Shown piece by piece: positions 1 through 9,078 of a stretch of DNA of 64,000 nucleotides; the stretch's first letter is position 1; every line of letters begins with the position of its first letter. The stretch is from the NCBI GenBank assembly GCA_965247115.1, contig CBDFGR010000002.1, positions 576,001 to 640,000 on the forward strand. The letters are read 5' to 3'. This DNA is from Myxococcota bacterium (GTDB taxonomy: Bacteria; Myxococcota_A; UBA9160; SZUA-336). A program made the position numbers and the translations under genes. Under the pieces are notes generated by a model. It was not told the origin of the DNA. It made no database searches and worked only from the letters and a program-made list of their open reading frames with translations.

Positions 1-496
1 CAAACGCAACCCGACCCGTGAAGCGACCGTCCTCGACCTCGAGCTCGCTGCAGACGACGAGCTCCACGCCGAGATCGCGCGCGAGTGGGTCGATCTGGTA
101 GCGCGTGGCGGACGAGATGATCGCGACGGTGTGACCGCGCTCCAGATGAGTCTCGACCAGCGCGCGCGACTCAGGATAGATCAGCGTGGCGAGCTCTTCT
201 TCGAACAGACGCTCGCCGAGCTCCTCGAACTCCTTCTCGGAGATGCCCCGCATGAAGCCGGCCAGGGTGGCCATCACTCCGGAGAAGCCGAGCGTTCCGC
301 GCCGAAAGCCGGCGACACTTGCAAGTGTAGAACGGATCTCCGCCAGCGAGATCCCCCGGCTCAGGATGCGATCCCGCCAGAAGGCGGCGATCGAGAAGCC
401 CGCGATCAGCGTGCCGTCGAGGTCGAAGAAGGCTCCGACCCTCGGGCCCGCGGGCCCTTCGCGAACTTCGGAGGTGAGCCACTCGTGAAGGGCCAT
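1..496 (-). CDS. HAD-IB family hydrolase (likely N-terminus of a HAD/acyltransferase fusion); runs off the window start
   Basis: Absent from the ORF track; hand-translated from ATG 496: MALHEWLTSEVREGPAGPRVGAFFDLDGTLIAGFS...GHTVAIISSAT...CSELEVEDGRFTG. HAD motif I DxDGT and motif II present; open to position 1. Confidence 0.85.
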   Translation of the reverse strand, partial: MALHEWLTSEVREGPAGPRVGAFFDLDGTLIAGFSIAAFWRDRILSRGISLAEIRSTLASVAGFRRGTLGFSGVMATLAGFMRGISEKEFEELGERLFEEELATLIYPESRALVETHLERGHTVAIISSATRYQIDPLARDLGVELVVCSELEVEDGRFTGRVAF

Positions 497-506
497 CCGC
501 CCATTA

Positions 507-655
507 TGCGGGACCCGGCGCGGGTCTTGCGGGACCCGGCGCGCGAGCGGTCGCGCGCCTCCCGCCTTCGCTCAGGCCTACGGCCTTCGCTGCGCGCTCC
601 GCTTCCGCGGAGCTTGCGTTGCGGGACCCCGCGCGCGAGCGGTCGCGCGCCTCCC
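507..655. repeat. REP-like palindromic repeat cluster (two 37-bp copies plus one partial)
   Basis: TTGCGGGACCC(G/C)GCGCGCGAGCGGTCGCGCGCCTCCC at 527-563 and 619-655 (1 mismatch); partial copy 507-522. Each full copy has the hairpin GCGCGCGA-GCGG-TCGCGCGC. Confidence 0.8.
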
Positions 656-695
656 CCTTGTTTACTTCGAGAGCCGGCGGATGGAGAATCGGGGC

Positions 696-1868
696 ATGGC
701 AAGCGAAACGAAGTGTCTGGTCTACGCTTCCTCGATCAGGGAGAACGCGCTCCTTGCATATGCGCTCGACCGAAATACCTGCTCACTCGTTCCGATCGGG
801 AAGCCGATTGAGCTCGGCGTGCCGTGGGCTCTCACGCTGAGTCCGGACGGGCGGTTCCTCTACGCCGCCGCTCACGTGGAGCATGTCATCGCGACGCTCG
901 AGATCGACCCCGTTTCTGGAGCACCGAGGCTGCTCGACGTCATGCCGCTCGACACGATGAAGGTCTTGCGTGCCGCGGACCAGAAACGCGGGGTGATCCA
1001 CAAGATCCCGACCTATCTGACCGTCGACCCGACGGGTCGGCACCTACTCGTGTGCGACTACTACAGGGACACGCTGGCCTCCTTTGCCCTGGCCGAGGAC
1101 GGGCGCATCCGGGGCGAGACTGCGGCGAGCGTGAGTGTCGGACCCGGCGTGGGGCACTCGCCGGAGCTCCCCAGCCACCCCCACTCGATCCAGCTGGATC
1201 CGAGCGGGCGGTTCGTGGTGGTGCCGCTTACAGGAGCCGACAGCATCCACTTCTTTCGCTGGGATGGCAGCACGGGCCGCATCTCCGACAAGGCCGTGGG
1301 GAGCGTGGCCACGGTCGGCGGGACGGGTCCTCGACACTTCGCGTTTCACCCCTCGCGGCCGCTCGTGTACTTTGCGAACGAGCGCGGGGAGCATCACTCG
1401 AGCGTTACGCTGTTCGAGCGAGCAGATGGCGAGCCGACGCTGCGCGAGCTCGACACCTGGTCGACGATCCCGACTTCCCACACGAGTCCGAATGCCATCG
1501 CGGACATCCATATCACCCCGGACGGGCGCTTTCTCTACGTCTCCAACCGCGGTCACGACAGCCTTGCGGGCTACGCAATCTCGCCCGACGACGGCAGTCT
1601 GGAGTCGCTCGGCCAGTTCGCCACCGGAGCCGCGCCCACCACGTTCGCGATCGAGGCTGGCGGGGAGCTCGTGGTCTCCGCCAGCACCCGCGACGGCACG
1701 CTGTCGGTCCATCGCATCGACGCGGAGAGCGGCTGCCTCTCGAAACCCGAGGTGACCGAGTGCACGTGGTTCGGCGACGAGACCGACCGGATGGAGCCGG
1801 TGGAGTCCCGCGCTACCGAGCAGGGCACCGGCGTGCCCTGGGTGCTCACTCTGACCCTGCCTGCCTAG
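696..1868 (+). CDS. Lactonase family beta-propeller protein (6-phosphogluconolactonase/Pgl-like)
   Basis: SHPHS, GPRHFAFHP, ADIHITPDGRFLYVSNRGHDS motifs; start 696 or 681. Confidence 0.85.
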   Translation: MASETKCLVYASSIRENALLAYALDRNTCSLVPIGKPIELGVPWALTLSPDGRFLYAAAHVEHVIATLEIDPVSGAPRLLDVMPLDTMKVLRAADQKRGVIHKIPTYLTVDPTGRHLLVCDYYRDTLASFALAEDGRIRGETAASVSVGPGVGHSPELPSHPHSIQLDPSGRFVVVPLTGADSIHFFRWDGSTGRISDKAVGSVATVGGTGPRHFAFHPSRPLVYFANERGEHHSSVTLFERADGEPTLRELDTWSTIPTSHTSPNAIADIHITPDGRFLYVSNRGHDSLAGYAISPDDGSLESLGQFATGAAPTTFAIEAGGELVVSASTRDGTLSVHRIDAESGCLSKPEVTECTWFGDETDRMEPVESRATEQGTGVPWVLTLTLPA

Positions 1869-2439
1869 CCGCGTTCCACTCCCGTTGCATTCTTCGAAGC
1901 AGAGCGGGGTAGACGACCAGGCGGCGAAAAGGATCGATGAGCGCCATGTACCAGCGGGTCCAGCCGCTGACGGGCTGGACGTAGATGGCCAGCCAGACCC
2001 GGTTGCCCTCCGCAGTGGGTTCGAGCGACGTGGACAGGAAGGCGTGAACAGTCGCGTTGCGAACCTCGAGGAGAGCTTCACCCGGGAGCTCGAACACCAC
2101 GCGAAACGGGCCCGGGCCGGCTGAGCCAGGAGGCGAGAGAGAACGAGCCCGGTCCGCCTCTCGGAGGCGGTGGATATAGGAGTGAGGGTCCGGTTCGGAG
2201 CCCCTTAGGTCCCAGCCAAGAGTCCGACCAAGCCAGGCGCGCAGGCGAAAAAGCTGCGCGGCCGCCCATCCCACATCAGAACCGTCAAGGTCCGGCACGA
2301 ACCCCGGGACGTCACGCAACGTCGCGCCCGGAGCGCCGCCAGAGAGATCGACCGTCCAGACGTCGCGCAGTGGAACGTCGGTGAGCAGCTCGTGAACGAG
2401 CAGGTCCCGAACCGCGAAGCTCTCAGCACTCGCCTTCAT
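1846..2439 (-). CDS. DUF2867-like protein
   Basis: LFRLRxxLG...GPFRVV...EVRNATVH...YMALIDPFRRLVVYP pattern typical of this family. Confidence 0.65.
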   Translation of the reverse strand: MKASAESFAVRDLLVHELLTDVPLRDVWTVDLSGGAPGATLRDVPGFVPDLDGSDVGWAAAQLFRLRAWLGRTLGWDLRGSEPDPHSYIHRLREADRARSLSPPGSAGPGPFRVVFELPGEALLEVRNATVHAFLSTSLEPTAEGNRVWLAIYVQPVSGWTRWYMALIDPFRRLVVYPALLRRMQREWNAARQAGSE

Positions 2440-2525
2440 CGGCTCCCGGTCTTTGCTTTCAGGAGAATCGGTCCTATGCTAGCTCTGCTTGGCATGCCAA
2501 GCAGCCCCCAGAGAGGGAATTCTCG

Positions 2526-3287
2526 ATGCCCGAAGCCGCAGCGCGACCGACCGCCCCGAACCCGCTCTGGCTCTTGCTGGAAGCCCCACGCCTGGTCCTC
2601 GAATCCGCCACCCTGGCACCCTCCGTCCCGGTTCTCTGGCGGGCCCCGCGCGGAGACGGGCACCCCGTGATGGTGCTACCCGGTTTCTGGGCCGGCGATC
2701 AGTCCACGCGGGTGCTGCGCGAGTATCTGCGCCGACTGGGCTACGGGGCCCACCGCTGGTTGCTGGGCCGGAACACGGGCCTTCCCGAGGGAGCCGCCAG
2801 GCAGCTCATGGATCGCGTGACCGATCTGCATCGACGCTACGGACACCCCGTGAGCCTGGTGGGCTGGAGCCTCGGCGGGATCTACGCGCGCGAGCTCGCG
2901 CGCCAGGTCCCGCACGCCGTACGCCAGGTAATCACGCTGTCCAGCCCCTTCGGTGGCGAACACCGTGGCCACCGAGCGGGCTGGCTACACCGCACGGTGA
3001 CAGGCGAAGACATCCCGCCGGAGTTGCGCAGGCGCATGAACCGCAACGCCGGACCGCTGCCGGTACCTTCCACAGCGATCTTCAGCAAGAGCGACGGGGT
3101 CGTGGGCTGGCGTGCCTGCATCGAACCGGAAGCGGAGCACACCGAGAACATTGAGGTGGTCGGCAGCCACTGCGGACTCGGCTTCAACCCCGTGGTGCTC
3201 TACGCGGTGGCGGACAGATTGTCTCAGCCAAAGGAGGGCAGGAAGAGCTTTGACAAGAGCGGCCTCCGCCGGCTCTTCTACTCGTAG
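2526..3287 (+). CDS. Alpha/beta hydrolase, lipase-like
   Basis: GWSLGG nucleophile elbow, PG oxyanion loop, SxxDGVV and catalytic His in SHCGL. Confidence 0.85.
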   Translation: MPEAAARPTAPNPLWLLLEAPRLVLESATLAPSVPVLWRAPRGDGHPVMVLPGFWAGDQSTRVLREYLRRLGYGAHRWLLGRNTGLPEGAARQLMDRVTDLHRRYGHPVSLVGWSLGGIYARELARQVPHAVRQVITLSSPFGGEHRGHRAGWLHRTVTGEDIPPELRRRMNRNAGPLPVPSTAIFSKSDGVVGWRACIEPEAEHTENIEVVGSHCGLGFNPVVLYAVADRLSQPKEGRKSFDKSGLRRLFYS

Positions 3288-3302
3288 GAGACCCCCCAAT
3301 GA

Positions 3303-4727
3303 TCAGCGGACTGGGGGACTCACGTCTGCCTCGCCCCGGAGCTCGTCGAAGGAGTCGCGCGTCATCTGGACGAACGTCTCCAGGTCGGGCACCAGGTCGT
3401 AGTCGGCGTTGAAGCCCCAGCACAAGCGTCCGTCGTAGCTCGTCAGCGCAATGCCGAGACCCAGCCGGGCAACCAGCGGGACGTGCGGGTAAATCTCGAG
3501 CAGCGTCGCGCCGAGCGTGTAGATCGGGACCTGCGGGCCGGGAACGTTCGTAACGACCAGGTTGAACGGGAGCATGCGCGTGAGGTTTCGTGCGCCGAGG
3601 CTGAGCAGCGTTGACGGTGTCCACTCCGCGGCCTGAGTCAGTGTCTCCGCACCGACGGCGCGACGCGACTCCTTGAGCTTCCGGGTTTTCTCACTGATCT
3701 GCTTCAGCCGTCGTCGCGGATCGCGCTCGCCTATGGGGAGGTCGAGGACCCAGGCCGACACGCGGTTGCCGAGCTGCCCCCGTTGCTCGTCGCTGCGCAC
3801 GCTGACCGGCGTCATCACGCGGAACGAGATCGCATCGGGGTCCACGCGCCGGTACGTGAGGAAGCGGCGCACCGCCCCCGCAACGACCGCCAGCACGACG
3901 TCGTTCAGCGAGCCGCCGAGCGACTTCCGCACGGACTTCACGTCGGCCAGGCTCATCACGCACCAGTCGAAGCGCCGGTGCGGCCCGATTTCCCGGTTGA
4001 GCGGAGTCTCGGATGGGCGTCGGAGCGACGTCCCGAGCGTCTCGAGCGCCGCCCGTGCGCGCACCAGAACCTCCCGGCGCGCGTCGTCGGCCTCGCGCGT
4101 GAATTCGCGAAAGTCGCGCAGCGCGGTGAACGGGAGGCGCATGCGCCGACGCACCTCCTCGCGCAGCAGTCGGGAACGCGACGGCCTGGGATGCGGCAGG
4201 AACGGCGGCGCCTCCGGGATGGTCGTGTCGGGCCTTTGCGTCATCAAGACGTTCATCAGGTCGACACCCGAAACGCCGTCGATCATGCAGTGGTGCACCT
4301 TGGAGATGATCGCGAAGCGATCGCGCTCGAGGCCCTCGACGACCCACATCTCCCAGAGCGGGCGCGAGCGGTCCAGGTGCTGCTCCATGACCCGCGCAGA
4401 GAGGCGCTTGAGCTGCTCCTCGTTGCCCGGGCGAGGCAGGCTCGTGTGCCGGATGTGGTAGTCGATGTTGAAGCAGTCGTCGTCGACCCAAACCGGGTGG
4501 TTCTCGAGCGGGATGTAGCGCAGCTTCTGGCGGTAGCGCGGGATCTTGTGCAGCAGGCCGGCGGTCAGTTGCTTGAAGGCCTCGGCGTCGACGCCGCCAT
4601 CGGCCTTGCGCAGGGGCCCGGCCTCCAGAATCTGTGTGGAGGCGACGTGCATGTAGGCGTGCGGTTGCTCGAGCACCAGAAAAGAATTGTCGAGCGCCGA
4701 CAAACGGTCGTAGGAGTAGCGGGCCAC
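3303..4727 (-). CDS. Wax ester synthase/diacylglycerol acyltransferase (WS/DGAT)
   Basis: HHCMIDG catalytic motif, LDRSRPLWE, NLVVTNVPGP; GTG start at 4727 preceded by CAGGAG. Confidence 0.95.
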   Translation of the reverse strand: MARYSYDRLSALDNSFLVLEQPHAYMHVASTQILEAGPLRKADGGVDAEAFKQLTAGLLHKIPRYRQKLRYIPLENHPVWVDDDCFNIDYHIRHTSLPRPGNEEQLKRLSARVMEQHLDRSRPLWEMWVVEGLERDRFAIISKVHHCMIDGVSGVDLMNVLMTQRPDTTIPEAPPFLPHPRPSRSRLLREEVRRRMRLPFTALRDFREFTREADDARREVLVRARAALETLGTSLRRPSETPLNREIGPHRRFDWCVMSLADVKSVRKSLGGSLNDVVLAVVAGAVRRFLTYRRVDPDAISFRVMTPVSVRSDEQRGQLGNRVSAWVLDLPIGERDPRRRLKQISEKTRKLKESRRAVGAETLTQAAEWTPSTLLSLGARNLTRMLPFNLVVTNVPGPQVPIYTLGATLLEIYPHVPLVARLGLGIALTSYDGRLCWGFNADYDLVPDLETFVQMTRDSFDELRGEADVSPPVR

Positions 4728-4779
4728 GAGAAGCTCCTGCGCTGTTCCTGGATTGTGTACCAGCAGGGGTCCGTCGGGG

Positions 4780-4808
4780 TGCTTGATCGGCCAAGCGGCT
4801 GCTACACT
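4780..4808 (+). promoter_or_regulatory. Putative XRE operator (TGCTT-N8-AAGC) and extended -10 (TGcTACACT)
   Basis: TGCTT 4780-4784 and AAGC 4793-4796, same motif and spacing as at 5184-5200; TACACT at 4803-4808 lies 7 nt before the GTG at 4816. Confidence 0.5.
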
Positions 4809-4815
4809 GGCTCGC

Positions 4816-5163
4816 GTGAAGAGGAAGCAGGGCGGCGCGCTGGGGGACTTCATCCGCGACCAGCGGGAGATCACGCGGCTCTCCCTGCGCCAGCTCGCGA
4901 ACCTGGCCCGGATCTCCAACCCCTACCTGAGCCAGATCGAGCGCGGAGTCTATCGCCCGTCCGCCGACATCCTCAAGTCGCTTGCCGAAGCCCTTGGAAT
5001 CTCTCCGGAATCTCTGTTTGCACGGGCGGGGCTGCTGGACGAGGACGAGGAGGCGGAGCGAACCATCGGGGTCGAGGAGGCGATCCGGCTGGACCCTGAG
5101 CTCTCCACCGAGCAGAAGGAGGCCATGATCGGCGTGTACCGGGGCTTCGTGGACCATCCCTAG
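4816..5163 (+). CDS. XRE-family HTH regulator, Rv0474/MLDSR-like
   Basis: GDFIRDQRE..SLRQLA..ISNPYLSQIERG..RPSADIL..AGLL..EAI..D..LS.EQK...VY..F pattern recalled for the actinobacterial regulator encoded next to hbhA/MLDS. Confidence 0.85.
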   Translation: MKRKQGGALGDFIRDQREITRLSLRQLANLARISNPYLSQIERGVYRPSADILKSLAEALGISPESLFARAGLLDEDEEAERTIGVEEAIRLDPELSTEQKEAMIGVYRGFVDHP

Positions 5164-5165
5164 GG

Positions 5166-5204
5166 TTGATTTCTCAAGCAGATTGCTTAGTATACCAAGC
5201 AATC
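5166..5204 (+). promoter_or_regulatory. Promoter with perfect 8-8-8 palindromic operator
   Basis: TTGATT 5166-5171 and TAGTAT 5188-5193; GATTGCTT-AGTATACC-AAGCAATC at 5181-5204 in an AT-rich patch. Confidence 0.6.
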
Positions 5205-5235
5205 AATCACCCACGCAGGATAGAGGATCAACACC

Positions 5236-5583
5236 ATGCCGCAGTACAACGAGCTCACCGAGGATCTGGGTAGCCGGCTGACCGACCTGATCGGGCGCAT
5301 CCAGACCTTCCAGACGGACGCGATCAGCGCGGTCCGCGAGCGCGTCGAGTCCTTCCTCCCCGAGCTCCCGACACCGGCCCTCCTCGAGGATCTCCCCAGA
5401 CCCGAGCATTTGGCCCGCGCGAACTTCGCCCTGGCCGAGCAGCTGCTCCGCGCCCAGAAGCGGTACGCGCTCGGCATCCTGGACGCCCTGCAGCCCTCCG
5501 AGAAGGCTCCTCCGACCGAAGAGAGCGAGCCTGTCGCGGTGGAGCCGACACCCGAGCCGTCGAGAGACCACTCGGCAGCGTAA
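5236..5583 (+). CDS. Small amphipathic-helical protein, phasin/lipid-droplet-coat-like (hypothetical)
   Basis: 115 aa, GAGGA RBS, helical core with Pro/Glu-rich tail; lies directly after the XRE gene among lipid genes. Confidence 0.6.
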   Translation: MPQYNELTEDLGSRLTDLIGRIQTFQTDAISAVRERVESFLPELPTPALLEDLPRPEHLARANFALAEQLLRAQKRYALGILDALQPSEKAPPTEESEPVAVEPTPEPSRDHSAA

Positions 5584-5585
5584 GC

Positions 5586-7390
5586 ATGCCGGGGCGGCCC
5601 ACCGATCGGCTGCTCGACCGGGTCCAGCGCGACCTCCGCTACGCGTGGATATTCGGCGGCCTGATGCGCCGCCTGGTGGGGGTCGCACCCTGGGGCGGAA
5701 CCACCCTGGCCGACGTGATCGAGCGACAGGTCGACCGCACGCCTCTGGCCGAGGCTTTGCGTTCCGACGCTGGCGTCATCACCTACCGCGAGCTGGACGA
5801 GCGTGCCAACCAGTACGCGCACTGGGCGCGCTCGTCCGGGGTCGAGGCCGGCAACGTGGTCGGGCTGCTCCTGCCCAACGAGCCGGATTTCGTCTTCGCG
5901 TTGCTCGGGCTCGCCAAGCTTGGCGCGACGAGCGCGCTGCTGAACACGAACCTCCAGGGGCGGGCGCTCGCGCACTGCATCAACCTGGCGCAGCCGGGGC
6001 ACCTGATCGTGAGCCCGGAACTCGCGAATGCCTACACGTCAGCACGAGAAGAGCTCGATCGAATGCCGACACCGTGGTTTGTCGGTGGCGAAGCGCAAGA
6101 CGGAGAGGATCTCGAAGCCGCTGTCTCGAGCAGCCCCACGGATCGTCCCGACCGAAGCATTCGCGCCGGCATCGGAGCCCAGGACAGGCTCTGCTACATC
6201 TACACGAGCGGGACAAGCGGCCTTCCGAAGGCCGCGAACATCAGCCACTTCCGCTACCTTGGCGCCGCGGTCAGCGCCGCCGGCATGGCGCGGATCAGCG
6301 CCGACGACCGCAGCTACGTCGCCCTCCCCCTCTACCACGCTGCAGGCGTCGGGGCCGCGCTCGGTGGCGCGCTCACGAGCGGCGCTACGGCGGTGCTCGC
6401 GCGCAGATTCTCCGCGAGCCGCTTCTGGGTCGACTGCGTCGAGCACCGCGCCACGCACTTTCAGTACATCGGGGAGCTGTGCCGCTTTCTGCTGAATCAG
6501 TCGGAGCGGCCCGAAGAGCGCGAGCACACGATCCGCGTCTGCGTCGGCAACGGACTGCGCGCGGAGGTGTGGGTGCCCTTCCAGAGGCGCTTTCGCATTC
6601 CCGAGATCGTGGAGTTCTACGGTGCGACCGAGGGCAACGTGGCCGTGGTCAACCTCGACAACAAGGTCGGCTCGATCGGCCGCGTCCCGCCACGGCTGCG
6701 CTCCGCGATGGGGATCCGCCTGCTGAAGTACGACGTGGAAGGCAACGAGCTGGTTCGGGACGCCACCGGACGCTATGTGGAGAGCGAGCCGGGCGAGGCC
6801 GGTGAGGCGATCGGCAAGATCTCCGCGCTGGGCGGCTTCGACGGCTACTCGGACGACGAGGCGACCGAGAAGAAGGTGCTTCGAGACGTGTTCCGGGGTG
6901 GAGATGCGTACTTTCGCAGCGGTGACCTGCTGCGAGTGGACGACGAGGGCTACTTCTATTTCGTAGATCGGATCGGGGATACGTTCCGCTGGAAGGGGGA
7001 GAACGTCTCGACCCAGGAGGTGGCAGAGGCGCTGTCAGGCTTCCCCCCGCCGTGCGGGACGTCGCCGTTTACGGCGTCTCTGTCCCGGGGAACGAAGGGC
7101 GCGCGGGGATGGCGGCGTTGGTCGTTCATGGTGAGCTGGACCGAAAGGCATTTGCCGAGCACGTGGCACAGAACCTCGCCGCCTACGCGCGGCCTCTATT
7201 CCTGCGGCTCCTGGCGGAGATCGTCGTCACCGGGACGTTCAAGCACCGCAAGGTCGAGCTCGTCGAGCAGGGCTTCGATCCTGGCCATGTCGCCGATGTC
7301 CTGCTCTTCCTGGACCCGCAATCGGGCAGCTACGAGCCGCTCGACCCCGAACGCTTCCGGGAGATCGCCGCGGGGCGCGTTCGACTCTGA
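5586..7390 (+). CDS. Long-chain acyl-CoA synthetase (FATP/FadD6 type), frameshifted near 7043-7048
   Basis: YIYTSGTSGLPKA, EFYGATEG, DRIGDTFRWKGENVS. The C-terminus (VYGVSVPGNEGRAGMA...TGTFKHRK) continues in another frame (ORF 7052..7390) after a C6 run. Confidence 0.88.
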
Positions 7391-7437
7391 GCCGTCGCAC
7401 CCCACTCCCGCGTATACTCTGCGCGAGGGAGGATGCG

Positions 7438-8205
7438 GTGTCGGAGTGGGTTGGAATCGAGGAGGCGCGCAAGCTTCCGGGACTGAGGCTGGTTCTTCTG
7501 CGAGGGCGCCCGAGCCCGTGGTCGGTGGCGACGCGCTCGCTCTTCGACCTGAAGAAGGTTCCCTACGTCAAGGTGCATCTCGCGGAGGAGGATTCGGGCG
7601 GGGCACTGGTCGAATGGACGCGTCAGGCCAGCTTTCCGGCCGTCATGTACGAGGACGAGCGGCCGCGAACTGGCTGGGCCGAGATCCTGCTCCTGGCCGA
7701 GAGGCTCGATCCCCAGCCGCAGCTGATTCCCGGCGCTGCCAACGATCGCATGCTCATGTTCGGACTTGCGCACGAGCTTTGTGGCGAGATGGGACTCGCA
7801 TGGTGTCGCCGCTTGACGGGACTGGCGGCCCGTCTGAAGAGCGCGCCGAAAGACGCAGACGTGCTGGACTACGCACGCAAGTACGGCTCGGGCCTCAACG
7901 AGGCGGCGAGCGCGACCCAACGTGTGGTCGACATCTTGCGTATGCTCGCGCAGCAGCTACGAGCTCAGCGCGAGGCGGACCGTGAGTTCCTGGTCGGCGA
8001 CACGCTCAGCGCCGTCGACATCTACTGGGCGACGTTCTGCAACCTGATCTCACCGCTCCCGAACGAGCGGATGCAGCTGCCCGATGACGTGCGCAAGGGC
8101 TTCACCGCCGAAGATCCGCAGGTGCGCCTTGCGCTGGATCCCCTGCTGCTGCAGCACAGGGACAAAATCTACGAGCGCTATCTGCCGCTGCCTGTGGAGC
8201 TGTAG
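7438..8205 (+). CDS. Glutathione S-transferase-like protein
   Basis: PSPWS N-terminal motif, cis-Pro region SFPAV, C-terminal FLVGDTLSAVDIYW. Confidence 0.65.
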   Translation: MSEWVGIEEARKLPGLRLVLLRGRPSPWSVATRSLFDLKKVPYVKVHLAEEDSGGALVEWTRQASFPAVMYEDERPRTGWAEILLLAERLDPQPQLIPGAANDRMLMFGLAHELCGEMGLAWCRRLTGLAARLKSAPKDADVLDYARKYGSGLNEAASATQRVVDILRMLAQQLRAQREADREFLVGDTLSAVDIYWATFCNLISPLPNERMQLPDDVRKGFTAEDPQVRLALDPLLLQHRDKIYERYLPLPVEL

Positions 8206-8207
8206 CC

Positions 8208-9062
8208 CTAGCGGACCTCGACGGCATCGCCGACCTTCACGCGGCCCTCCTGTACGACCGAGGCGTAGACCCCGAGGTTCTGGTCTGCCTCGCGCACCAG
8301 GCTGCGCATGATGCGCGGCTCCTTTGGCAGACCCGGCTGGGCGGCCGTGGTCATCACGCAGCGGACGCAGTGGAGAGCAATGTCGAGGACCACCGGGCCG
8401 ACATGGAGCTTCTTCCCGATCCAGCTCTGCTCCGTGAATCCAGACGCCGCCGTCTCGACCAGAAAATTGGGGCGGAACCTGCGCACATCGACCTGCATAG
8501 CAGGTGTCGCGCCCCTCAAAGCCTCGAGTGAGGAGGTAGACAGGACGAGGATGGGGAAAGCGTCGAAGTACGTCCCCGGCGGCGTTGCGTAGCGCAACAC
8601 ATCGGCGTAGTCCGAGAGGTCGGGAGTGGGCTCACCGACCTCGAGACCGAGGATGGACCGAAGCTCCCCCTCCGCGTCGTCCGGGTTGTCGAGTGCGGCC
8701 GGCTTGTAGTGATCCAGGTTCTCCTTCGGCTGCAGCGGCCAGAGCGTGATCTCTCGCCCCATCGCCTTGGACAGCTTCTCGCCGATCGAAGGGTCGTCCG
8801 AGCGGACAGTGTCCCCGTCGGGGAGCACGACCTCCACGTGGGATACGACGCCGGAGCTGGGTGGTGCGCAGAACGACGCCCCACAGCCGAGCAGTCCCGC
8901 GATTCGTTTCGCGCCAACGATTGCTTGCTTCTCCTCGTCCCGGACCGCCCACACGCGATCGCCAAGGACTCCGGAGGCGTGGACCGCGGTATCCTCGAGC
9001 TGCTCCCCCTGCATGGACTTGACCGGATAGCGCCAGACTTCCGAGATGGTGCCGACCTTCAT
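8208..9062 (-). CDS. MOSC domain protein
   Basis: WRYPVKSMQGE, GDRVW, RRFRPN, CVRCVMT; ATG at 9062. Confidence 0.9.
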   Translation of the reverse strand: MKVGTISEVWRYPVKSMQGEQLEDTAVHASGVLGDRVWAVRDEEKQAIVGAKRIAGLLGCGASFCAPPSSGVVSHVEVVLPDGDTVRSDDPSIGEKLSKAMGREITLWPLQPKENLDHYKPAALDNPDDAEGELRSILGLEVGEPTPDLSDYADVLRYATPPGTYFDAFPILVLSTSSLEALRGATPAMQVDVRRFRPNFLVETAASGFTEQSWIGKKLHVGPVVLDIALHCVRCVMTTAAQPGLPKEPRIMRSLVREADQNLGVYASVVQEGRVKVGDAVEVR

Positions 9063-9078
9063 TCCAAGCTCTCCTTTG

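Noticed and set aside
507..655. CRISPR mini-array (37-bp repeats with hairpin)
   Set aside because: Only two full copies, the 55-bp spacer is itself structured, and there are no cas genes or AT-rich leader.
131..811. Plus-strand 226-aa ORF at the window start
   Set aside because: Antisense to the clear HAD-IB gene and runs through the repeat element.
5586..7985. 799-aa acyl-CoA ligase with a novel C-terminal extension
   Set aside because: The extension is out-of-frame read-through after the frameshift near 7045 and overlaps the GST-like gene.
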